Source: Planctomycetota bacterium (GTDB lineage Bacteria > Planctomycetota > UBA11346). From it: DNA of 64,000 nt. The notes under the pieces were generated by a model. It ran no database searches, was not told the origin of the DNA, and was given only the letters and a program-made list of their open reading frames with translations. The position numbers and the translations under genes are program-made. The stretch spans positions 9,486-73,485 of the forward strand of contig JBBQSO010000018.1 of assembly GCA_038213805.1 (NCBI GenBank), given 5' to 3'. Below are positions 9,406 to 18,444 of the stretch, in pieces. Positions within the stretch are counted from its first letter, which is position 1, and each line of letters starts with the position of its first letter.

Positions 9406-10077
9406 ATGCACGCCATCCTGCTCCGCTCCACCAACCCACTCGTGCTGATCGCCGTGCTGACCGCAGTCATGCTGCGGCCACTGACCGCAGCCGAGCCGCC
9501 GGTCGGGGAGAAGACGATCCGGGTGCTCTGCGCCGGAGACAGCATCACCCAGCGCGGCTACCCCGAGGTCCTGCAGACATTGCTGGGCGCCGGCTACACC
9601 GTGCGCAACGTCGGCCACAGCGGCACCACCGCGATGAAACACGCCGGCACCCGCTCATACCCGGATGCGGACCCGCGCCGCGACGACGCCGACATCGTCG
9701 TGATCATGCTCGGCACCAACGACGCGAAGGTGGAGAGCTGGAGCACGCACCGCGACGAGTTCGCGGCGGACTACGGCGCGATCATCGCCTCGTTCAAGAG
9801 CCTGCACTCCCATCCCAAGGTCTGGATCTCGCTGTCGCCGCCGGTGTTCAAGGCTGAGGGTGGCGGTGGCTTTTCAGCCAAGAACGTCGAGGAGATGGTC
9901 GGCATCACCCGCACCCTCGCCGCCGCGCAAGGCTGCCCGCTCATCGACGTGCACGCCGCAGCGCTGGGCCAGGCGGACAAGTTCAGCGACGGCGTGCACC
10001 CCAACGATGCCGGCAAGCTGCTCATCGCGACCACGGTGAAGGCGGCGATCACCGCGCCGGCGCCAGCTGGAAAATGA
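9406..10077 (+). CDS. SGNH/GDSL esterase
   Basis: GDSIT, GHSG, MLGTND and DGVHP blocks; start placed at MHAILL (signal peptide). Confidence 0.92.
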   Translation: MHAILLRSTNPLVLIAVLTAVMLRPLTAAEPPVGEKTIRVLCAGDSITQRGYPEVLQTLLGAGYTVRNVGHSGTTAMKHAGTRSYPDADPRRDDADIVVIMLGTNDAKVESWSTHRDEFAADYGAIIASFKSLHSHPKVWISLSPPVFKAEGGGGFSAKNVEEMVGITRTLAAAQGCPLIDVHAAALGQADKFSDGVHPNDAGKLLIATTVKAAITAPAPAGK

Positions 10078-10277
10078 GCCATTCGGCACGCGGACCCTGA
10101 TGCACGAAACGCACATTGGCGCAATCGGCGAAAGCGCCTGCACGGAACCGGAGAATCACTTTGGGCCCAGGGAGCACCCATTCCCCTCGGCACCCGCAGC
10201 CCAGCGGTGCGGACCGTGCACTGCGCGGTGTGCCGCCTACCGCCGGCACCACCGCTAGCGCTCCTGGACCGTCACCA

Positions 10278-11057
10278 TCATTTCTGCTGCATCGGCTTTT
10301 CGTCCAGCATGCTGGTAAGCAGCGGCTCCATCGCGTCGCTCCACAGCGTGTACCCGGATGCATCCGGATGGAGCCGATCGCTGCCCAGTCCTTTCCACGA
10401 GCTCGCGACCGTCCCATCTGCCGCCGTGGTCGTGACCGGCGCCATCGCCGGCACCAGGTCGAGCCAGAAGACGGTCCGCCCATCGGCATAGCCGCTGATG
10501 ATCGCGTTGGTGGCCATCATCACCGCGTCAGCCCGCTGGTTGGGCATGATGCTGACCAGGATCGTCGTGATGCCGGGGAACAGGCCCTGGGTGCGCAGGA
10601 TGATGGCCTTGATGCCGGCGGCGATCGCCACGGGACTGTCTTTGGCATTGTTCGTGCCGATGAGCAGCACGGCCACCCGTGGCCTGAGCGCGGCGAGGTC
10701 CATATGGTCCAGGCGCCAAAGGACGTTCTGGGTCTGGTCCGCGAAGCAGCCGAAATTCAACGCGTGGCGCGGCACGTACCTCCGCTCCCAGATGTCCTTG
10801 CCCGGGCCGAGCCAGCGGTCGGTGATAGAGTCGCCGATGAAGATCAGATCGCACGGCTTGCCGGCGGCCGCGGCCAGGCGCGCGCAGCACGCGTTGTACG
10901 GGCCGGGTTTCGACTGGTACCGCGGGTTGGGGACCGGCTGCGTGGTCGCCTCCGTCGCCGACGGTGTCAGTGGAGCCGATGGTGCGACGTCCTGCGCCAC
11001 TGCAGCGATCAGGTGGCAGGCGAGCGCCAGTTGGATGACCACTCTGAATATGCGCAT
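10278..11057 (-). CDS. SGNH/GDSL esterase (PAF-acetylhydrolase-like)
   Basis: FIGDSIT, D.TQNVLWRL, IGTNN, DRLHP; signal peptide. Confidence 0.92.
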   Translation of the reverse strand: MRIFRVVIQLALACHLIAAVAQDVAPSAPLTPSATEATTQPVPNPRYQSKPGPYNACCARLAAAAGKPCDLIFIGDSITDRWLGPGKDIWERRYVPRHALNFGCFADQTQNVLWRLDHMDLAALRPRVAVLLIGTNNAKDSPVAIAAGIKAIILRTQGLFPGITTILVSIMPNQRADAVMMATNAIISGYADGRTVFWLDLVPAMAPVTTTAADGTVASSWKGLGSDRLHPDASGYTLWSDAMEPLLTSMLDEKPMQQK

Positions 11058-11447
11058 GCGAAGTGGCTCCGCGAGTTTCCAACGCAGGCGCGAGCACACG
11101 CCCGTCGCCGCTCACACGATGGTACGGGTATTCCAGATCGACGCTGAGGGCATGCGCGTCACCGGCAGTTGCACTCCCGTCGCCAAGCGACGCTGTCCGC
11201 GACGTCTGGTGCGCTGCGACAGTTCCACCCGCAGTGCCCGTCTGGATGCGGATCCTCGCGATGGCGACGCCGATCCATTGGACGATCCGCTCCAGACGTT
11301 GGACTCTCATCGCACTGGTTTACCGACGTCGAACGGGCACCGCGAATTGTGGTAATGGCCGTGATGATATCGGGAATAGCACCGCGACCGCGCAGCCGGA
11401 ACCGACTACCCCGACGCTCCCTCTCCACGTCGCAAAGGCCATCACCC

Positions 11448-14400
11448 GTGAAGCCCAATCTCTTCCTTCCGACCCTGTTCTGCGCCGCGGCCTGCGCCGC
11501 CGCCGAGGACTCCGGGCACACCGCCAACACAGGTGACGCGGTCATGCACAGCATCACCATCACCGACCCCAGGGACTTCATCAAGCCGCTGGAACTCGAC
11601 CAGGCATTCAGCGCACGGGTGTGGGCCGCGGGCGAGCCGGTGGCCAACATCGTCGCGATGGACGTCGACCACCAGAACCGCCTCTACGCCGCGCAGACCT
11701 TCCGCTTCCGCATCAAGGGCGTGGTCGACGTGCGCGAGGCGCTGTTCCTGTACCGCGACGACCTGCGCGCGCGCACCCTCGCGGACCGCGCGGCGTTCAT
11801 GAAGAAGTGGACCGACCAGGGCATGTTCAAGCCCGACTACTTCACCAAGTACGCCGAGCGCGTCTCACTGCTCCAGGACACCAAGGGACAGGGCGCCGCC
11901 GATCGCATCGGCATCTTCGCCGGCGGCTTCAATGACCCGCTCGACGGCACCGCGTCCGGCATCCTGGTCGGAGACACCGTCGGGAGCCGCACCACGGTCT
12001 ACCTCGCCTGCATCCCCAAGGTCTGGGCGCTGACCGACAGCACGGGCACCGGCGTCGCGGACCAGCGCGTGGCGCTCAGCGACGGCTATGGACCACGCTT
12101 CAGCTTCAGCGGCCACGATCTGCATGGCCTGGTGCGCGGCCCCGATGGGCGCGTGTACTGGTCGGTGGGCGACCGCGGTTACGACGTCACCACCAAGGAG
12201 GGCGGCCACCTCAGCGATCCGACCTCCGGGGCGGTGTTCCGCTCCGAGCCCGACGGCAGCGACGTCGAACTCTACTACACCGGCCTGCGCAATCCGGAGG
12301 AACTCGCCTTCAACGCCTCTGGCGACCTCTTCACCGTCGACAACAACGCCGATATGGGCGACGCCTCGCGGGTGAACTACATCTTGGAGGGCGGCACCTC
12401 TGGCTGGACGCATGGCTGGCAGCTGCTGCGTGGCGGCGCGCTGGCGAAGGCGGCGCTGCTTGACGGCACGCAGCCCGACCCGTGGCTGGAGGAGGGCATG
12501 TGGAAGGAGCGCTTCGTCGGCCAGCCAGCCCACCTCCTTCCGCCGGTCGGCTTCGCCACCAACGGGCCGTGCGGCCTGGCGGTAGTGCCCGCGACCGGCT
12601 GGCCGGCGGATCTGCAGGGCCGCTTCCTGGTCGCCGACTACCACGGCGGCACCGGCTCGGGCGTGCTGTCCTTCCTGCCCGTCGAACAGGGCGCCGGCTT
12701 CACCATGGACAAGCCCAAGCGCTTCGTGTGGGGCCTGGGCGCTACCGACGTGACCTTCGACTACGCCGGCAACTGTTTCGTCAGCGACTACCTCGGCGGC
12801 TGGGCGCAGGCCGACAAGGGTGCGATCATCGCCATCCGCGCGAAGGGCGACAAGGCCCAGGACGCCGCGGTCGAGGCCGTGCGCGCCCTGGTCGCTGCGG
12901 GCTTTGGAGCGCGGCCAGTGACCGAGCTGCGCGCGTATCTTGGCCACGCCGACCAGCGCGTGCGCCAGTTCGCCCAGTTCGAACTCGCGCGCCGCGGTCA
13001 GGATGGCTTGACGGCGCTGATCGCGGCCGCCACCGCCAACGGTCCGGTCTACCCGCGCTTGCATGGCATCTGGGGGATCGGCCAGATCGGCCGCCACGAT
13101 GCGGCGGCGCTGACCGCGCTGCTGCCGCTGCTGCGTGACGCTGAGCCGCACGTGCGCGAGCAGGCCGCCAAAATGCTTGGCGACGACCGCTGCGCACCTG
13201 CCGCCAGCGGACTGATCGGCCTGCTCAAAGACCCGAGCGCGCGGGTGCGCGCCTTCGCCTGCATCGCGCTCGGCCGGATCAAGGCCCAGGCGGCGATCCC
13301 CGAGCTGCTCCACGTACTTTCCGTGAACGACGACCAGGACGCCTGGCTGCGCCACGCGGCGGTGATGGGCCTGGTCGGCGCCAGCGGCGGCGACGGTGCA
13401 GCGCTCGCGCGCTACGCCGGCGAGGGCTCCAAGGCGGTACGGATGGGCGTGCTGCTGGCACTGCGCCGCCTGGGCGACGCGCACATCGCGACCCTGCTCG
13501 CTGATACCGATCCGGGGATCCGCGCCGAAGCCGTGCGCGCCATCTACGACGTGCCGATCGCCGGGGCCATGCCTGCGCTGATCGCAGGGCTTGCCAAGCC
13601 GCTTGACGCCAGCGTCCCACCCGAGCTCGCGAAAATGCTGACCCTGCGCCTGATCAATGCTACGCAACGTTATGGGGATGACGGCGCCCCGGCCGCGCTG
13701 GTCGCCTTCGCCGCGGGCACTGCGGCGCCGCCGGCACTGCGCGCGCAAGCACTCGTCGCGGTCGCGAGGTGGCCGCACCCGACCACGGTCGACCCGGTCA
13801 TCGGCCTCTACCGCCCGGGCCCGCCGCATGAGCACCCGCTCGATGCCGCAGCGCTCAAGGAGCCGATCCTGCGCATCATCGCGAGTGGTGAGCGCGAACT
13901 GCTCAAGCCCGCGGTGATGCTCGCGGCTCAGCTTGGTTACGGGCTCGACGCCAAGACGCTGCTCGCGCTGCTCGAGGATCGCGGGATGCCCGCAGCTGTG
14001 CGGACCGAAGCGCTGCGGCAGCTCGCGGTCCACCCCCCTGTGGATTACGCGAAGCGCCTCGGGCGGCTACTTGACGATGCAAGCGCCGAGATGCGCATCG
14101 CCGCCTTCGACGCGCTGGTCGCCGCGGACCCCGCGGCGCTGCTGCCGAGCGCGCAGCACGTCCTTGAACCCGCCGCCACTCCGCCGTCAAACGCGGCCGT
14201 GGTGGTGGTCGACCGCGCAGCCGGCGGTTGGGAAGAACTCGCGATGCACGCGCCTGCGGCCAAGGGGGAGGCCGATAGCGATCCGGCGAAGGGTGCCCAC
14301 CTGATGCAGTGGGTGGATGGCTTCGCGAAGCCGGGCCGCGATGCCGGCGCCGCGGGCCACGACCTGCCCCGTCTCACCAGCGCCGCACTGCCGCGCACCG

Positions 14401-15473
14401 AAAACGACGGCGAGCGCGCCGTGTGGGCCGACGGCGGCGAGAGCCGTTTCGTACTCGACCTCAGCAAGCCCATCGCCGTGGCGCAGGTCGACACCTATTC
14501 GTGGCACAAGTCCAACCGCGCCCAGCAGATGTTCGTGCTGTGGGGCGCCGGCGGCGATCACCAGCCGGCCACCAGCGGCGAGCCCGGCAAGGCGGGCTGG
14601 ACGTCCCTGGCCAAGGTCGACACCAGCCCGCTGGGCGACGGCGGCAAGCACGGCAGCGCCGTGCGGGGCGAGGGCGGCGATGGTCTCGGGCGCTTCCGCT
14701 GGCTGATGTGGCAGAACTTGCCGCGTGGCACCACCGGCACATTCTATGCGCAGATAGACGTCTTCGCGAAGGGCCATGAGCAGGCGGTCCTCGCCAACCC
14801 CGGGGCCGACCGCGCCATCATGCCGACCCGGCAGCACGCGCTGCTTGCACTCGGCGCGTCCAAGACGCCTGCGGCCGGTGCACTCATCGGGACGTGGTTC
14901 GACCGTCTGGTTGCCGGTACCGCACCGGCCGGCCTGGCGCTTGAAATCACCGACGCGGCCAAGGCGCAGGGCGACCCGGCGCTGGCCGCCAAACTCGAGA
15001 AGTACCGCTCCGCATGGAAAGCGGGCGATGCGCTCGCCCTCTACCGCGATGCGCTGCTGGGCGGAGACAGCGAGCGCGGCCGCGCCATTTTCACCCAGCA
15101 CGCCGCACAGTGCATCCGCTGCCACGCCGTCGACGGCGAGGGTGGCACCGTCGGCCCGGACCTGCGCGGCGCTCCCAACCGCCTGAGCCGCGACAAGATC
15201 CTCGAATCACTGATCATGCCCAGCGCCGAGATCGCCCCAGGCTATGGCCTCGCGACGCTCACCCTCACCGACGGCACCAGCATGGTCGGGGGTGTGCTCA
15301 ACCAGGACGCGAACGCGGTGGTGCTGCGCATGCCTGACGGCACGCGGCAGACCCTGCCGATGGCCAGGGTCGCGCATATCTCACCGCCGGTGTCGCCGAT
15401 GCCCCCGATGGGGGAGATCCTGAACCGGTATGAGCTTCGCGATGCGATCGCGTACGTGATGAGCCTGCGGTAA
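11448..15473 (+). CDS. PVC-type haem-binding putative dehydrogenase (beta-propeller, HEAT repeats, inserted beta-sandwich, cytochrome c)
   Basis: GHDLHGL..GPDG, GLRNPEELAF, HEAT repeats, C-terminal CIRCH...GPDL...ILESLI.PSA.IAPGY...SPMPP; GTG start after AAAGG. Confidence 0.9.
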   Translation: MKPNLFLPTLFCAAACAAAEDSGHTANTGDAVMHSITITDPRDFIKPLELDQAFSARVWAAGEPVANIVAMDVDHQNRLYAAQTFRFRIKGVVDVREALFLYRDDLRARTLADRAAFMKKWTDQGMFKPDYFTKYAERVSLLQDTKGQGAADRIGIFAGGFNDPLDGTASGILVGDTVGSRTTVYLACIPKVWALTDSTGTGVADQRVALSDGYGPRFSFSGHDLHGLVRGPDGRVYWSVGDRGYDVTTKEGGHLSDPTSGAVFRSEPDGSDVELYYTGLRNPEELAFNASGDLFTVDNNADMGDASRVNYILEGGTSGWTHGWQLLRGGALAKAALLDGTQPDPWLEEGMWKERFVGQPAHLLPPVGFATNGPCGLAVVPATGWPADLQGRFLVADYHGGTGSGVLSFLPVEQGAGFTMDKPKRFVWGLGATDVTFDYAGNCFVSDYLGGWAQADKGAIIAIRAKGDKAQDAAVEAVRALVAAGFGARPVTELRAYLGHADQRVRQFAQFELARRGQDGLTALIAAATANGPVYPRLHGIWGIGQIGRHDAAALTALLPLLRDAEPHVREQAAKMLGDDRCAPAASGLIGLLKDPSARVRAFACIALGRIKAQAAIPELLHVLSVNDDQDAWLRHAAVMGLVGASGGDGAALARYAGEGSKAVRMGVLLALRRLGDAHIATLLADTDPGIRAEAVRAIYDVPIAGAMPALIAGLAKPLDASVPPELAKMLTLRLINATQRYGDDGAPAALVAFAAGTAAPPALRAQALVAVARWPHPTTVDPVIGLYRPGPPHEHPLDAAALKEPILRIIASGERELLKPAVMLAAQLGYGLDAKTLLALLEDRGMPAAVRTEALRQLAVHPPVDYAKRLGRLLDDASAEMRIAAFDALVAADPAALLPSAQHVLEPAATPPSNAAVVVVDRAAGGWEELAMHAPAAKGEADSDPAKGAHLMQWVDGFAKPGRDAGAAGHDLPRLTSAALPRTENDGERAVWADGGESRFVLDLSKPIAVAQVDTYSWHKSNRAQQMFVLWGAGGDHQPATSGEPGKAGWTSLAKVDTSPLGDGGKHGSAVRGEGGDGLGRFRWLMWQNLPRGTTGTFYAQIDVFAKGHEQAVLANPGADRAIMPTRQHALLALGASKTPAAGALIGTWFDRLVAGTAPAGLALEITDAAKAQGDPALAAKLEKYRSAWKAGDALALYRDALLGGDSERGRAIFTQHAAQCIRCHAVDGEGGTVGPDLRGAPNRLSRDKILESLIMPSAEIAPGYGLATLTLTDGTSMVGGVLNQDANAVVLRMPDGTRQTLPMARVAHISPPVSPMPPMGEILNRYELRDAIAYVMSLR

Positions 15474-15498
15474 ACGTCCCGGGCGGCCGCAGGAACGC

Positions 15499-15539
15499 CG
15501 CTGCACATGTCGTGCAGCGCACGCCGCACCGTGCGGCGT
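15499..15539. terminator. Two tandem GC hairpins between convergent genes
   Basis: CGCTGCAC-ATGTC-GTGCAGCG (15499-15519) and ACGCCGCAC-C-GTGCGGCGT (15521-15539); no U-tract. Confidence 0.5.
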
Positions 15540-15551
15540 CCAGGGGCGAAG

Positions 15552-18083
15552 CTACTCCGCCCCGAGCAGCGCCTGGTGATCACGGGCGATGGCAACGCGC
15601 GTGCGACCGTCCTTGCCGGGGGCGAACGTGATCTGGTCGACCTGGTCCTGCCAGGCGACGGTCACGGTGCGGTGGTCGACGCTCCATGTCGTCTCCGGCA
15701 GCGCCTGGCCCTGCCGGTAGGGCAGCAGGAGCAGCTTGAAATCAGCGCTCACCGCCTGGCTGGGAATATGGAGCTTGGTGATCTGCATGTCCTTCTGGGG
15801 CGGGTTGGGCACGCTCATCAGGTCGACCGTCGCTGGCGCGGCCGCGTCGAGCTGCGCGGCCTCAAGGACGCGCACCAGCAGGTGGCGGTCGGCGGCAGGC
15901 GCGGGCTGGCCCTTGGCGGGCGGCTTCGGCCGTTCGTCCAGAATGATGTCGGCCTGCGGGTGGGCGGCGTCGCCGGTACGCTGCGCTGAGCCCAGGGCGA
16001 GGTCGTCGGCGAGGATCATCCCCCAGTCGTAGGCGTGCGGCTGGTCGTCCTTCTGCAGGTCATCGACGATCAACGCGTAGGGGTGCGTGCCGCGCACCAG
16101 GACCGCGGTGCGGAAGGCCTTCTTCACCTGCACCGCGCGCCGGTACCAGTCGGCGCGCTCGTGGTCATCGGCGGGCGGCTTCTCGGACGTGTACCAGTTG
16201 GGCAGGTCGCCGAGCGGCATGCCCATCCACGCGATCGGCGAGGGCTGCAGGCGGAAATCGTTGAAGGTGTAGGGCAGGGCGCCGGTGGCGACGCCCGTGG
16301 GCGGCTTGGCGAAGCCCTTGCTCTGCCAGTTCCACGCGATGCCGAGATCGGTGGCGATGACGGTGGCCAATGGCCGGTCGGTCATTTGCACGCACCTGCC
16401 CTCGGCGATCGACGGACCCTCGCCGTCGGCGAGCAGCACCGAACGGTTGGCCGGCAGGTACTGCTCGTGCACCTGGCGCATGACGCGGTAGATGCTCCAG
16501 TAGCGGCCGAGCCCGTAGAGGCTGAAGTGCGAGCGGTCGCAGTAGACGTGGCCGCCGGGGATCGCACGCGTCAGGTAGTCCAGGTAGAGCGCATCCTTGT
16601 CCCAGGCCGAACGCGTCACCAGGTTGCAGGTGTCCTGGCTGAAGTAGGTCAGCGGCCGTCCGCGCGTGACCTGCGCAAACTCGGAGTCCCAGGTCGCCCC
16701 CGGCGTGAAGTCCGTGGCGAAGATCGCGCAGCACAGGCTGTCCATGACCGCGAACGGGTGGTGGGTGTTGACCCGGCCGCCGGTGATGTTCGCGTAATCG
16801 CCACCCAGCTGGTTGCGGTACATGAAGTCGCCGCTGACGTCCTTGGGGAAGAGCGCGTGGTAAATCATCACGTCGGCGTTGCGGCTGATCTTGTTGCCCG
16901 TGCCACCAAGGGAGTCGCAGAAGGTGAAGGCGTCGCCCCAGGGGTTCATCGACGCGACGAAGCAGTCGTTGTAGGCGGCGCGGATGGCGGCGCTGGCGAT
17001 GACCTCGCGGCCGCGCTTGGCCATGATGATCAGGTGCTCCATGAACATGAAGTTCTTGCCCCAGCCCTCATAGGCCTCGCCGGTGGCGAACATCGACGCG
17101 ATGAAGTTGGTCTGCGCGTCCGCGCAGCGCCGATAGGTCTCCGGGTCGCCGCCCGGCTCGCCCTCGATGGCGGCGGCGAGAAAGATCAGCCGCGCCGACC
17201 ACGAGATCCAGTTGCTGGTCCCCGAATGCAGCGCGCGCAGCGTCTCGCAACCGATGTTGGTCATGCCGGCGGAGGCGTGGGCGATGGTCTGGCGCACCGT
17301 GGCGCGCTGCTCTGCGGTCATCCAGACGTAGGCGAAGTCATAGTCCAGGCCCAGGGTGCCCTCGTGGGTCGGGCCTTGGCCGACGACCCGCCAGTCATCC
17401 GGCGCACCCTTCGCGCCCTTGGCTTTTTCCTTCGCGATGTTTTCCGCGAGCTTCACCTCGTCCATCTGCGCGAGCGTGGTCACCGCGGCTGCGACCCTGC
17501 GCCCACCCTCCTGGTCGTCGTCGACCAGGCAGCGGAAGGCCTCGTACATCAGGCAGTAGGGGATGTTGCCATTGGTCCACACCGCGGCGCCCTGGTCGCC
17601 GGCGATGAGCTTGTCGTAATCCGCGCGGCACTCCGCCTTGAGTCCGGTCAGGGTCGCACTGAGGTGCGCGCGGATGTCGCCCATCACCGCCTTGCCGGCG
17701 GCGGTCTTCGCCAGACGCTCACGGATTTCCGGCAGATCGTCGGGGTTGAAGATGACGCGCGGGTGTACGCCCGGTGCGGGCGGCGGACGGATGAAGCTGC
17801 GCTGCATCCCGGTCTCGTCGAGGGTGATGGTGACGGGCGCGCCGAACCACTTCTGCAGCTCCGCATCGGTGTAGCCGAAGTTCTTGTGGCGCTTGATCAT
17901 CTCGTGGTCGATGGGCAGCACGCAGGGCTTCAGGTCCTGGCCCAGGAAGGGCGCCACGCAGGCGATGAGGTGGTCACCCTCGCGCAGGCTGGGATAGACT
18001 TCCGGGGGCAGCGACTCGGCGGCCACTCGGCCCGTGGCCATGAGCCAGAGAAAAAAGAGCAGGGCGTTGCGGGGACTGGGCAT
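15552..18083 (-). CDS. Secreted heparinase II/III-fold polysaccharide-lyase-like protein
   Basis: HPRVIF, LDYDFAYVWMT.EQR, SNW, YEGWG, TRSAWDKDA, GGH..D..HFSL, LIVDDLQKD...YDW; signal peptide; GAGG RBS. Confidence 0.78.
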   Translation of the reverse strand: MPSPRNALLFFLWLMATGRVAAESLPPEVYPSLREGDHLIACVAPFLGQDLKPCVLPIDHEMIKRHKNFGYTDAELQKWFGAPVTITLDETGMQRSFIRPPPAPGVHPRVIFNPDDLPEIRERLAKTAAGKAVMGDIRAHLSATLTGLKAECRADYDKLIAGDQGAAVWTNGNIPYCLMYEAFRCLVDDDQEGGRRVAAAVTTLAQMDEVKLAENIAKEKAKGAKGAPDDWRVVGQGPTHEGTLGLDYDFAYVWMTAEQRATVRQTIAHASAGMTNIGCETLRALHSGTSNWISWSARLIFLAAAIEGEPGGDPETYRRCADAQTNFIASMFATGEAYEGWGKNFMFMEHLIIMAKRGREVIASAAIRAAYNDCFVASMNPWGDAFTFCDSLGGTGNKISRNADVMIYHALFPKDVSGDFMYRNQLGGDYANITGGRVNTHHPFAVMDSLCCAIFATDFTPGATWDSEFAQVTRGRPLTYFSQDTCNLVTRSAWDKDALYLDYLTRAIPGGHVYCDRSHFSLYGLGRYWSIYRVMRQVHEQYLPANRSVLLADGEGPSIAEGRCVQMTDRPLATVIATDLGIAWNWQSKGFAKPPTGVATGALPYTFNDFRLQPSPIAWMGMPLGDLPNWYTSEKPPADDHERADWYRRAVQVKKAFRTAVLVRGTHPYALIVDDLQKDDQPHAYDWGMILADDLALGSAQRTGDAAHPQADIILDERPKPPAKGQPAPAADRHLLVRVLEAAQLDAAAPATVDLMSVPNPPQKDMQITKLHIPSQAVSADFKLLLLPYRQGQALPETTWSVDHRTVTVAWQDQVDQITFAPGKDGRTRVAIARDHQALLGAE

Positions 18084-18136
18084 GGGATGACCTCGTGAGG
18101 GGCGGGCGGAGGCGGGATCCGCGCGCCCTGTATAAT

Positions 18137-18148
18137 GTAACATGATAC
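18137..18148. promoter_or_regulatory. Candidate LacI-type operator, copy 1 (GTAACATGATAC)
   Basis: Near-palindrome identical (reverse complement) to 22047-22058; lies downstream of a TTGAGA -35-like hexamer on the minus strand. Confidence 0.65.
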
Positions 18149-18444
18149 GTTTATCTCAAGAGTACGGAACATCCCCTGAAGCGTTGTGGGGCCGCAGCGG
18201 TGCACAGGTGCGCCAGACCCAGGATACCACCTGCCAGCGGTGCGGGAGACCAGCACCGCTCCGTAGCCTTCTGGCAATGCGAGCAGGCGGCATGCCGACC
18301 TTCCGCGGCAGCAGCCCGATCAGCGGGACGACTGCCAGCGTTCAGACCGCGACGACGTGCACGCCCGCGGGCACGGCGCCGAGGCCGGCGAAGCAGCAGG
18401 ACCTGCGCTCTAATTCCCCCACCCTCCCAGCGCCGGTCGTGGTA

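Noticed and set aside
18131..18136. Perfect TATAAT on the plus strand
   Set aside because: No credible plus-strand gene downstream; more simply part of the AT-rich minus-strand promoter.
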